Virus record (IMG/VR): IMGVR_UViG_3300025467_000013
Location: 1-64,000 of that record
From: a virus
Strand: one strand, 5' to 3'
Length of the DNA stretch: 64,000 nucleotides
Position 1 is the stretch's first letter; each line of letters begins with the position of its first letter. A program made the position numbers and the translations under genes. The notes under the pieces were generated by a model. It searched no databases, was not told the origin of the DNA, and worked only from the letters and a program-made list of their open reading frames with translations. Shown piece by piece: positions 22,116 to 30,865 of the stretch.

Positions 22116-24263
22116 TTAACTAAAAAGATTTTTAACGTTAAACATTACATCTGGTCCACCTTTATTTGGATTTTCTTGTTGGGGTCTTCTCATACCATGT
22201 AACTCTTGAGTGAATTTACCATCTTTGAGACGACTCACTACTTTTGTAACTTTATAGATCCCACTAAAATGAATTACAGGAGCAACTTTGCTATTGCCTC
22301 CGAAATCATATAAACCAGTTGCTTGATTTAAATCTAAAGGTGAACGAAAATTAACTTCAATATCAACTTCACTGCTTTGATAATTCACAGACATATCAGA
22401 ATTTAAATCTTTATATTGTGTCGGTGTAGATGTATAATTTCCCATTCCGCTGTGAGGTATCCAATACGGATCTCCTAAAATTTTCATATCTAAATTTACC
22501 ATTTCCATTGGGTTTGTAAGAGCGTCTAAAAAGGTTCGACCTGCTCTGTTTCCTTGATTTTCTTGACCACCACCACCTTGATGATCAGTAGTAGTTGTAG
22601 TATTGGTGTATCTAACTTGAGATGGTAGGACTCCTGGTTCAGATGACGGTGCTAATCCAGAAAATAACGGCTTAACGAACGAAAATAGAGAACTTAACCA
22701 ATCAATTGCTTCCATAACCCCGGCTCCAAACTCTGCGGCAGTTAATACATCCTGCGATCTTGCTAAATTATCTGCGGGCATTAATCGAGCAAATGAGTTA
22801 CTAAAGTCAATGTTAAATTCCAATACTTCGGTGTTATTTCCAGTATAGATATAATCGTATCTTTTAATAATCTCTGATTGAATTTTATCGTATCCCGGTG
22901 GACGTACATTCGGCGCAGATAATACGCCGCCGTGTGCTTTATACGGCATTATTCTATAAACAATCACTTTTGGTGTTGTACCTGTTTTTGCTAAGTTAGC
23001 ATCGTCTTTAATAAAATATGTTTGTGTATCTAAAACCCACCATTGACGCATACCTTTTTCGTCTATCGCATCCATGCCGAGTGCAGTTTTAGGATATTCA
23101 CTTTGCAATATTACATTATTAATAATCTGCTCGATGTACTGAGTTGATGCATATGTGTGAGTACTATCAGCTGGATCAAATTGAACATTACCATTATTCC
23201 AAATTTTAGCAGTTTCGTCATATACTTTATTTTCATCATTAACTGACGCAGATGCTTTTCTATCCGACGAAACCATTTTTGCTTGACCAATAGCATTAGT
23301 AGTCACATTTGATCCTGTTGACGAAGTTGCACCCATTCCTAATACCGAACTTAAATCTCCGCCATTGATTACAGCAGATGGTGATACTGTAGAAGTTAGT
23401 GCTGAAGTTATGCTAGAGTTTTGCGACGATGTCTGTGGCTTATCAGGAAACATAATAACGTATTTCGTTGGCGTAGATTCTATACCGTCGTCGACTAACT
23501 GTTTAGCTCTTGCATTTAACACCGCTTGCAAACTTTTTTCCCCAGTTTGCAATATTTCTTGAACTGTTTTTCCTTTAATTGTTGTATCGCTTTTTGTTTT
23601 TGCATGTTCGGTAGAATGTGCCTTGCCGTTAGTAACCAATGCTTCACAATTATATGTTGTTCCTTTCTCACTTGCTTTAATTCCAAAATGTTTAAAATGT
23701 ATCGGAATATATCGGGTGGTACTAGGAATATTTACAGGTGCACCGTTTTGTTGCCATCCTCTAAACTCAATCGTTATTAGATAAGGAGCTTCCATCCAAT
23801 TTTTCCACCCTGCATCATTTGCTGCTTTTTGAACTGCTAATACAAACATTCCCATACTGTAAGGTTCGTAAATATCAAAAGTTGCATTTGATGTGTAACT
23901 ATTGTGATGTTGAAAACCAATAATGCTATCTAATGTTAAATTATCGATAAAGAAATCAAACTGACCATATTGAGTTTGCACTCTATTTGCAGGATCAGCA
24001 CTAGCCGATTTACATATTAACTCAATACGCTGTCCTATCATGTACGTACTGTCTGGGTTATTAAATTGATCGTGTGTTAAAACACCTAATCCTAAAATAT
24101 AATCGTGAGTTGCATAATTTGATAATTCATTAGGAAGTGGTAAATTAAGATTTCCTATAGTATTAATAATGCCGTTAGAAAAAGACGAAACTGCATTAGA
24201 AACACTCGAAGTTAGTGAAGAAATATCTGTTATTACTGCCGATGTTGAATCGAAAATACTCAT
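22116..24263 (-). CDS. Baseplate hub protein (gp27-like)
   Basis: 715 aa. C-terminal ILGDPYW and FSGIYKVTKV...GKFTQEL motifs are typical of hub proteins. Lies between gp53-like and gp5-like genes. Confidence 0.6.
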   Translation of the reverse strand: MSIFDSTSAVITDISSLTSSVSNAVSSFSNGIINTIGNLNLPLPNELSNYATHDYILGLGVLTHDQFNNPDSTYMIGQRIELICKSASADPANRVQTQYGQFDFFIDNLTLDSIIGFQHHNSYTSNATFDIYEPYSMGMFVLAVQKAANDAGWKNWMEAPYLITIEFRGWQQNGAPVNIPSTTRYIPIHFKHFGIKASEKGTTYNCEALVTNGKAHSTEHAKTKSDTTIKGKTVQEILQTGEKSLQAVLNARAKQLVDDGIESTPTKYVIMFPDKPQTSSQNSSITSALTSTVSPSAVINGGDLSSVLGMGATSSTGSNVTTNAIGQAKMVSSDRKASASVNDENKVYDETAKIWNNGNVQFDPADSTHTYASTQYIEQIINNVILQSEYPKTALGMDAIDEKGMRQWWVLDTQTYFIKDDANLAKTGTTPKVIVYRIMPYKAHGGVLSAPNVRPPGYDKIQSEIIKRYDYIYTGNNTEVLEFNIDFSNSFARLMPADNLARSQDVLTAAEFGAGVMEAIDWLSSLFSFVKPLFSGLAPSSEPGVLPSQVRYTNTTTTTDHQGGGGQENQGNRAGRTFLDALTNPMEMVNLDMKILGDPYWIPHSGMGNYTSTPTQYKDLNSDMSVNYQSSEVDIEVNFRSPLDLNQATGLYDFGGNSKVAPVIHFSGIYKVTKVVSRLKDGKFTQELHGMRRPQQENPNKGGPDVMFNVKNLFS

Positions 24264-24264
24264 T

Positions 24265-24564
24265 TTATATTCCTAAAACTGTTTTTAAACTGCTGCCTTT
24301 TGGAATGTATATCGATACTCCTGGAACAAAATCAAATATAGGATCTTGTAACACATTTAAATTTCGTTGAATAAAAACCCACCATAGTTGAGGAGACCCG
24401 TATAAATCGTATGCTAACAAGTCTGGCCTATATGTGTATTGTGCCTCAATGGTATAAAGGAAATCATCCGGTTCTGCACTAACTGGCCTGATCGATAATA
24501 TATCAAGATAGTTATTAGTGATAGGTGTTGTATACCAAGGACTAGTATTACTATAAGTTGCCAT
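24265..24564 (-). CDS. gp53: Baseplate wedge protein gp53-like (LysM-type)
   Basis: RPDLLAYDLYGSPQLWWVF...N motif. Confidence 0.85.
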   Translation of the reverse strand: MATYSNTSPWYTTPITNNYLDILSIRPVSAEPDDFLYTIEAQYTYRPDLLAYDLYGSPQLWWVFIQRNLNVLQDPIFDFVPGVSIYIPKGSSLKTVLGI

Positions 24565-25577
24565 TACATATACCCAAAATAATTATTAATATATCCGCCT
24601 GAGACAAATTGATCTAAACTAAATTGTCTAATACTTGTCCTACTATATACTGCTCGAACACTTATTGTAAATGTGCTTGCAGTTGGGACATATGCTAACC
24701 CGCCGCTAACTGTCCCTCCGATATTATATGCACTTAACATGCTAGAAACTTGTCCAACTCCTCCAGCAATTCCGTTAACTAATCCGGTGATGCCTGACAG
24801 GCCTGGTATAGCTGAGCCGACGGTGTTTGCAACATTACCGATTGCATTAGAAATATTAGCAATGTTACCTGCTTCTGTACCAACAACAGGAGTACTAATG
24901 TAATCACAATCTTTTGGGAGAGTAACATCAACTGTTTCAACTACAACCGGGATGTTTTTAAACACATAATTTCCGTACCCATTTAAAAACACAACCGGAG
25001 GAGGATTACCAGCAAGCGCATCATATCCCATAAACATCTTAGTTATTGATCTAAAATAATGTAAAGATGCTAACCAATATAATGCCTGTGTCGGATCTTC
25101 AACATTCATCGGTGCAGTGATTTGAATTTTTTGAGGTTCGGAAAATTTAAAATAATTAATAGAAAAATTATTATGCATAGTCGGTTCGTGCCCATACGTT
25201 GCAACAGATTGCATTGTTATTTCAGGTGTATATGGAAATATCATGCCTCCTGCATCACGTAATGGTTTAAGAACTGGGCTATCAATAAAACTAATCCAAT
25301 TAGGAAGACTTAATCTTACACGAAAATCATTAGGATTGTCATTGTTAGAAAACATCGATACTGCACTAACTACACTACCGACTGCTTCCCCTGCGGCAGG
25401 CAAGTTGATACTTCTAATGGCGCTTGAAATATCGCCCGACTGTAGTGCTGAACTAATTGCAGATCCTAATCTACCTGCGGTTCCTACTGCATTGGCTACA
25501 GAACCGAATACTGCACCCGAAGTTGCAATAGTTGAGGTACTTGATTGACCAGTATTAAATTGTTGAAGTGTAGTCAT
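24564..25577 (-). CDS. Baseplate-tail tube initiator (gp48/gp54-like)
   Basis: FPYTPEI, GNPPPV.FL.GYG and VP...F.I motifs; adjacent to gp53-like. Confidence 0.55.
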   Translation of the reverse strand: MTTLQQFNTGQSSTSTIATSGAVFGSVANAVGTAGRLGSAISSALQSGDISSAIRSINLPAAGEAVGSVVSAVSMFSNNDNPNDFRVRLSLPNWISFIDSPVLKPLRDAGGMIFPYTPEITMQSVATYGHEPTMHNNFSINYFKFSEPQKIQITAPMNVEDPTQALYWLASLHYFRSITKMFMGYDALAGNPPPVVFLNGYGNYVFKNIPVVVETVDVTLPKDCDYISTPVVGTEAGNIANISNAIGNVANTVGSAIPGLSGITGLVNGIAGGVGQVSSMLSAYNIGGTVSGGLAYVPTASTFTISVRAVYSRTSIRQFSLDQFVSGGYINNYFGYM

Positions 25578-25597
25578 TTTTCGTCCTTTTGGTATAA

Positions 25598-25605
25598 TAT
25601 TTAGT
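25598..25605 (-). promoter_or_regulatory. Late promoter variant (ACTAAATA) for baseplate operon
   Basis: TAAATA core about 20 nt upstream of the ATG at 25577. Confidence 0.5.
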
Positions 25606-25633
25606 TGACTTTTTAATGTGCGTATATTATAAT
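25605..25633 (+). promoter_or_regulatory. Sigma70-type early/middle promoter
   Basis: TTGACT (25605-25610), a 17-nt spacer, then TATAAT (25628-25633); GGAG RBS before the ATG at 25657. Confidence 0.85.
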
Positions 25634-25656
25634 TTTAGTAATGGAGAAACAAATTA

Positions 25657-26484
25657 ATGTTACAAAAAGTAAATTATCTCAATAACAAGGATATGTTATT
25701 AGAGATACATAGATCAAAGACATCATATTGTAGTTTTATAAAACCAGAATATCACCAATACGATATTATCTTACCTAGTTTAGATAAGATTAATATTAGA
25801 ACTGTTGCTGATGCAAAACGAAATCAAGCAAAAAGGCTCGGTGAAGCAGAGTATATTCGTCGCAAAACAGCCGGCGAAAAAGTCAAACAAGCAGAGTGCG
25901 AAGTAGATTATAAAAAAATCGCAAAAACTGACTTGATCTTTAGAATAATGTCGTTTGACCATATTCCTACCAATTCTATCCGCAAGAAAAATCCAAAAAG
26001 TGTTGCAGACAGACACGAAAAAGTTAATTTTCCCCCGTTTCAACATTGGCGATTTAATGATAACGATGAATTAGAATGTGTAGGCAAGAGTCATTGGCGC
26101 GGTGATTTGTTGACTGGCGAATTTGACAAAAATAGAGGAAAAATCACGGACAATTTAGCTCGCATGATGATTAAATTATGTGAACGATACGCTACTAGAG
26201 GCAATGTTCGCGGGTATACTTACAACGACGAAATGCGCGGGCAAGCAATCTTACAATTAACACAAATCGGTTTACAATTTGATGAAAGTAAATCCGATAA
26301 TCCATTTGCTTACTTCACAGCAGCCGTTACTAATAGTTTTGTTCGTGTTATTAATATCGAAAAGCGTAATCAAAATATTCGAGACGATATTTTAGAAATG
26401 AACGGGATGAATCCAAGTTATACTCGTACAGGAGATGCAGAATATGAATATGCACTTAAAAGATACAACGAGGACCAAGAATGA
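25657..26484 (+). CDS. gp55: Late-transcription sigma factor (gp55-like)
   Basis: YLNNKDML N-terminus, YTYNDEM, FD..KS.NPFAYFT...NSF.R.I..EK; upstream of gp47/gp46 as in T4. Confidence 0.9.
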   Translation: MLQKVNYLNNKDMLLEIHRSKTSYCSFIKPEYHQYDIILPSLDKINIRTVADAKRNQAKRLGEAEYIRRKTAGEKVKQAECEVDYKKIAKTDLIFRIMSFDHIPTNSIRKKNPKSVADRHEKVNFPPFQHWRFNDNDELECVGKSHWRGDLLTGEFDKNRGKITDNLARMMIKLCERYATRGNVRGYTYNDEMRGQAILQLTQIGLQFDESKSDNPFAYFTAAVTNSFVRVINIEKRNQNIRDDILEMNGMNPSYTRTGDAEYEYALKRYNEDQE

Positions 26485-26708
26485 TAATTGATTTAAAAGA
26501 TCCAAGAGTTAATAAAGCAATCGAACTGGTACAAGATAAGCATAATGTTCCTTTTGGGAGAGAATTTGAAAGAATCTTCGAAGAACAGTATCATTGTAAA
26601 ATAGTCCCAGAACCGGGTGATTGGTCATGTACTAGAGGGTCGTTATATATTTCCGAAGACAAATATGCAAATTGGTTTGTATTACAATTTGGGCATGGTG
26701 GAAAATGA
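26481..26708 (+). CDS. Small hypothetical protein (WFxLxF/W C-terminal motif)
   Basis: 75 aa, ATGA-coupled to gp55, GAGGA RBS. Confidence 0.65.
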   Translation: MIIDLKDPRVNKAIELVQDKHNVPFGREFERIFEEQYHCKIVPEPGDWSCTRGSLYISEDKYANWFVLQFGHGGK

Positions 26709-26944
26709 AATTTAAAATCGACGAATTAGAAGAATTATATAACAAATACTTATTTGCAACAGCCGATGTTCCAACTATGAATGCTATTATGATGGAACTT
26801 AGACAACTTGAAGAAAAGTATAACTATAGGTTTACTATCACTGCGGTTCCTAAAGAACACGACAGCGAACTATCATTTCAACTGTCATTCAAAACACCTG
26901 CAGATAGAAATTGGTTTGCATTAAAGTGGGGTGTAAGTGAGTAA
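26705..26944 (+). CDS. Small hypothetical protein (WFALKW C-terminal motif)
   Basis: Likely start is the ATG at 26705 overlapping the upstream TGA (79 aa, MKFKIDELEE...), not 26672. Confidence 0.65.
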   Translation: MKFKIDELEELYNKYLFATADVPTMNAIMMELRQLEEKYNYRFTITAVPKEHDSELSFQLSFKTPADRNWFALKWGVSE

Positions 26945-27950
26945 CTTATTCAAAAAAGTAGCCTGTTTTACCGATATTCATTTTGGATTAAAGTCAAACA
27001 GCGCGGTACATAATCAAGATTGTGAAGATTTTGTTGATTGGTATATTAAAAAAGCAAAAGAGGAAGATTGTGATACAGGAATCTTTCTCGGTGACTGGCA
27101 TCATAATCGTAATAGTTTGAATATTACAACAATGACTTCTAGTCTACGTGCTTTAGAAAAGTTAGGTCAAGCATTTGATCAATTTTTCTTTTTTCCAGGT
27201 AATCACGATTTATACTATAAGGATAAGAGAGATATCCACAGCGTAGAGTTCGGCAAACATGTACCGGGAATTACAATTGTAGATAAACCTACTACCATTG
27301 GCGATGTAACCCTTTGTCCGTGGTTAGTAGGTGACGAATGGAAATCTATAGGCAAAAAGCCTAGCAAATACTTGTTTGGGCATTTTGAATTACCACACTT
27401 CTTTATGAACGCTATGGTACAAATGCCCGATCATGGAGAAATGCAACCGGATCAGTTAACTAGATATGAAAAAGTTTTTAGCGGCCACTTTCACAAAAGA
27501 CAAAATAATAATAATATTCACTATATTGGCAATGCTTTCCCACATAATTATTCAGATACTTGGGATGATGCCCGGGGAATGATGGTAATGGAATGGGGCA
27601 GTGAACCAGAATTCTTTACTTGGGATAATCAACCCACGTTTAGAACTGTTAAACTAAGCCAACTAATCGACGATGCGGATAATTTACTCAAGGCTAAGCA
27701 ACATTTAAGAGTCAATCTTGATATCGATATTAGTTTCGAAGAAGCAAGTTTTATTAAAGAAAATTTTATTACCAATTATAATTTAAGAGAATTAACTTTG
27801 ATCACAGAACGGCGAGCAGTTGAATTAACTGAAGAATTTGATGTACAATCATTCGAATCAGTGGATCAAATTGTTACCAATCAGCTTGTAAGTATTCAAT
27901 CTGACAAGTATAATACTAACACACTACTAGATATCTATAATAATTTATGA
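26937..27950 (+). CDS. gp47: Recombination endonuclease subunit, Mre11/SbcD-like
   Basis: Phosphoesterase motifs DIH, GD..H, GNHD, GHF and SGHFH. Confidence 0.93.
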   Translation: MSNLFKKVACFTDIHFGLKSNSAVHNQDCEDFVDWYIKKAKEEDCDTGIFLGDWHHNRNSLNITTMTSSLRALEKLGQAFDQFFFFPGNHDLYYKDKRDIHSVEFGKHVPGITIVDKPTTIGDVTLCPWLVGDEWKSIGKKPSKYLFGHFELPHFFMNAMVQMPDHGEMQPDQLTRYEKVFSGHFHKRQNNNNIHYIGNAFPHNYSDTWDDARGMMVMEWGSEPEFFTWDNQPTFRTVKLSQLIDDADNLLKAKQHLRVNLDIDISFEEASFIKENFITNYNLRELTLITERRAVELTEEFDVQSFESVDQIVTNQLVSIQSDKYNTNTLLDIYNNL

Positions 27951-29725
27951 CTCTCCTTAAGACATTAACTGTTAAAAACTTTATGAGCGTGGGTAATCAA
28001 ACCCAAGCAGTACGACTTGACTCTGAACATCTTACACTTGTATTAGGTGAAAACTTAGATATGGGTGGCGATGATTCGGGGTCTCGTAACGGTACAGGTA
28101 AAACTACAATTCTTAACGCTTTGAGTTACGCATTATACGGTACTGCTCTAACAAACATTAAAAAAGATAACTTGATTAACAAAATTAACAATAAAAATAT
28201 GTTAGTTACGTTAACTTTTGAAAAAGATGGTAACAAATATCGAATCGAACGCGGCAGAAAACCCAATATTCTTAAGTTCTATGTCAATGATGAAGAACAA
28301 TCTAGTAACGACAATGACGAAGCACAAGGCGATAGCAGGGAAACACAAAAAGATTTTCATATCTTATTCGGTATGAAGCATCTAATGTTTAAGCATATCG
28401 TAGGGCTTAACACATACACCGAACCGTTCTTATCGATGCGGGCAAACGATCAAAGAGAAATTATTGAAGAACTGCTCGGGATCACATTGCTTTCTGAAAA
28501 GGCTGAAGCACTTAAACTTCTAACCAAAGAAGTTAAAGACGAGATCATGCGAGAAACTGCTAACATTGAAGCAATTAAAAAGGCAAATGAAAAGATCGAC
28601 CTTAGTATTAGTAGTTTGAAAACTAAACAGTCTGCATGGAATAATCAAAACCAAGATGCAATTAATAAGATCGCACTCGCTATTGCCGACCTACAAGATG
28701 TAGATATCGAAAAAGAACTTGAATTACATGCAAAACAATCAACATATGACGATGTAAAAAAGCAAATTACCAGTCTTAATAAAGAAAAAGCCACCCTTGA
28801 ATCGGCATTAGTACAAGCACAACGTAGTGTTGATCGTTATACAAAGGAATTAGAAACACTTAGTAATCACAAATGCCACGCATGTGAACAAGACTTGCAA
28901 GATCATAAGCAAGTTGAATTATTTTCTATTGCAAATAAGAATTTACTTGAATCATTTAATTATCTTGACGAAGTAAGCGCACAATATGCAACTATTAAGA
29001 CAGAACTTGATAAAATTGGCGAGATTGGCATGCGACCCGAGACATATTACGATACTTTAGAGCAAGCTATGTCGCATCAAAATAATTTATCGGTATTAGA
29101 GAACCAATTAGAAACAAAACTTAACGAAACTGATCCGTATCAAGAACAAATTGATGAGTTAACTAATACTGCATTGCAAGATGTTTCGTGGACCGAGGTT
29201 AATACCTTAACGGAAATGAAAGATCACCAAGAATTTTTGTTAAAGCTATTAACTAACAAAGATTCGTTTATCCGTAAGAAGATTATTGATCAAAATCTTG
29301 CGTATTTGAATAATCGATTAAGTTATTATCTAGATAGAATGGGATTACCACACCTTGTTGTATTTCAAAACGACTTAACTGTCGAAATTACCCAGTTAGG
29401 ACAAGATTTAGACTTTGATAACTTGTCTAGAGGAGAAAGAAATCGACTTATCCTTGGATTATCATGGGCGTTTCGCGATGTATGGGAAAGTTTGTACCAA
29501 GGTATTAATTTAATGTTCGTAGACGAGCTTATTGACAATGGATTAGATGCAATTGGCGTTGAAAATGCGTTATCTGTACTCAAGCAAATGGGCAGAGAAC
29601 GTAACAAGAACATATTTTTGATTAGTCATAAGGATGAACTAGTCGGAAGAGTTAATAACGTATTAAAGGTTATTAAAGAAAATGGGTTTACTTCGTACAG
29701 TAACGATATTGATGTAATAGAATGA
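27947..29725 (+). CDS. gp46: Recombination ATPase subunit, Rad50/SbcC-like
   Basis: KNFMSVGN, Walker A NGTGKT, zinc hook CHAC, signature LSRGE, Walker B FVDE, ISH. Confidence 0.95.
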   Translation: MTLLKTLTVKNFMSVGNQTQAVRLDSEHLTLVLGENLDMGGDDSGSRNGTGKTTILNALSYALYGTALTNIKKDNLINKINNKNMLVTLTFEKDGNKYRIERGRKPNILKFYVNDEEQSSNDNDEAQGDSRETQKDFHILFGMKHLMFKHIVGLNTYTEPFLSMRANDQREIIEELLGITLLSEKAEALKLLTKEVKDEIMRETANIEAIKKANEKIDLSISSLKTKQSAWNNQNQDAINKIALAIADLQDVDIEKELELHAKQSTYDDVKKQITSLNKEKATLESALVQAQRSVDRYTKELETLSNHKCHACEQDLQDHKQVELFSIANKNLLESFNYLDEVSAQYATIKTELDKIGEIGMRPETYYDTLEQAMSHQNNLSVLENQLETKLNETDPYQEQIDELTNTALQDVSWTEVNTLTEMKDHQEFLLKLLTNKDSFIRKKIIDQNLAYLNNRLSYYLDRMGLPHLVVFQNDLTVEITQLGQDLDFDNLSRGERNRLILGLSWAFRDVWESLYQGINLMFVDELIDNGLDAIGVENALSVLKQMGRERNKNIFLISHKDELVGRVNNVLKVIKENGFTSYSNDIDVIE

Positions 29726-29976
29726 AATTAAGCGACGACGATGTTCATGATGAGCTAATGGATGCTATTAGAGCTTACTATAAAGCGCATCATGAGTGGG
29801 TTAATAAAGGCACAAGACAGGCAGGAAAGCGAACTAGATGGTGGCTTTCCGAAATTAGGCGTATAGCAAAGGCACAACGTAAGGTCATCATGGATTGGCG
29901 TTACGATATAGACGAGAAAAAGCGAATTAAAAAGGCTCAAAAACAACAGGCACAGGGAAAGAACGATGATAATTAG
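29722..29976 (+). CDS. Small basic protein resembling histone H1-like Hc1 N-terminal domain
   Basis: KGTRQAGKRTR..LSEI...AK..RK pattern resembles the KGNKAAG.RAR motif of Hc1-like proteins; lysine-rich tail. Confidence 0.55.
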   Translation: MKLSDDDVHDELMDAIRAYYKAHHEWVNKGTRQAGKRTRWWLSEIRRIAKAQRKVIMDWRYDIDEKKRIKKAQKQQAQGKNDDN

Positions 29977-29979
29977 TTC

Positions 29980-30405
29980 GTGTCATGGTATTATAAGAAA
30001 AAACTTGTCAAAGAACTACCGCAAGATTGCGTAGGCTTTGTCTATCTCATCACGAATAATATCACTGGTCGGAAGTATATCGGAAAAAAATTAGCGCAAT
30101 TCTCTAAAACAACTTATAAAACAGTGACACTTAAAAACGGCACAAAAAAGAAAAAGAGAATTAAAACTAAGATAGAATCCGACTGGAGAGATTATTACGG
30201 TTCAAATGACCAACTAAACAAAGACGTTCAACAGTTAGGCGCAGACAAATTCACAAGAGAAATACTTTTTTATTGCAAATCTAAGGCAGAATGTAGTTAT
30301 GTAGAGGCTCGAGAACAATTTAGTAGACGAGTACTGGAATCAAACGACTATTATAATGGTCATATCCAGGTTCGGGTCCACGGTTCTCATATTTTAAAAT
30401 CATAA
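29980..30405 (+). CDS. GIY-YIG endonuclease (endonuclease II/Seg-like, catalytic domain only)
   Basis: GFVYLIT...RKYIGKK, ESDW..YYGS, F.REIL, conserved E and YYN. 141 aa with no extra DNA-binding domain. Confidence 0.85.
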   Translation: MSWYYKKKLVKELPQDCVGFVYLITNNITGRKYIGKKLAQFSKTTYKTVTLKNGTKKKKRIKTKIESDWRDYYGSNDQLNKDVQQLGADKFTREILFYCKSKAECSYVEAREQFSRRVLESNDYYNGHIQVRVHGSHILKS

Positions 30406-30427
30406 CAGGCATTAACTCTACCAATTA

Positions 30428-30865
30428 AGCTCGCACTGGCGTCAATAAAGTGCCCTTTAAGTTGGACCTCGGGTCTCAATGACGGAATTCCTTGTTTGGT
30501 AGCGGGGTTATAAGTCAGTATCCTTAACAGGACCACGATCGGATGCGCCTTTAACCGGTTTGACTTATAAGAAAAAGTTTTACACAGGCTAAAAGAGAGG
30601 CTAGCAGCCTCACGACTGCACTGATGTTAGTGTATTTTTGCAGTCCGCCGTCATTATGAAAACAGAATGAGTAGGTACCGGATGACCGCCTACGGAATGT
30701 ATTATAAAGATGACAAAAATTAAATTTATTGTTATTTTTATAGTGCATTGTAGTTCTAACACTAAGTGATATTGTTCAACTCGGATAATGTCTTGTAGTT
30801 TCGCTCGGCAACGGGCGAAATGTGATTGAACAATCTGGATAATATCTAAAAGTGCTTCGCACAAT
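30428..30865 (+). ncRNA. Candidate large structured non-coding RNA (family unassigned; boundaries approximate)
   Basis: Many nested stems, including 30478-85/30648-55, 30508-17/30561-70, 30614-20/30639-45, 30696-716/30729-49, 30771-79/30826-34 and a GCAA-tetraloop hairpin at 30799-820. Non-Watson-Crick positions in the long stems are G-U on the + strand. About 45% GC by hand count over 30421-30660. Confidence 0.7.
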
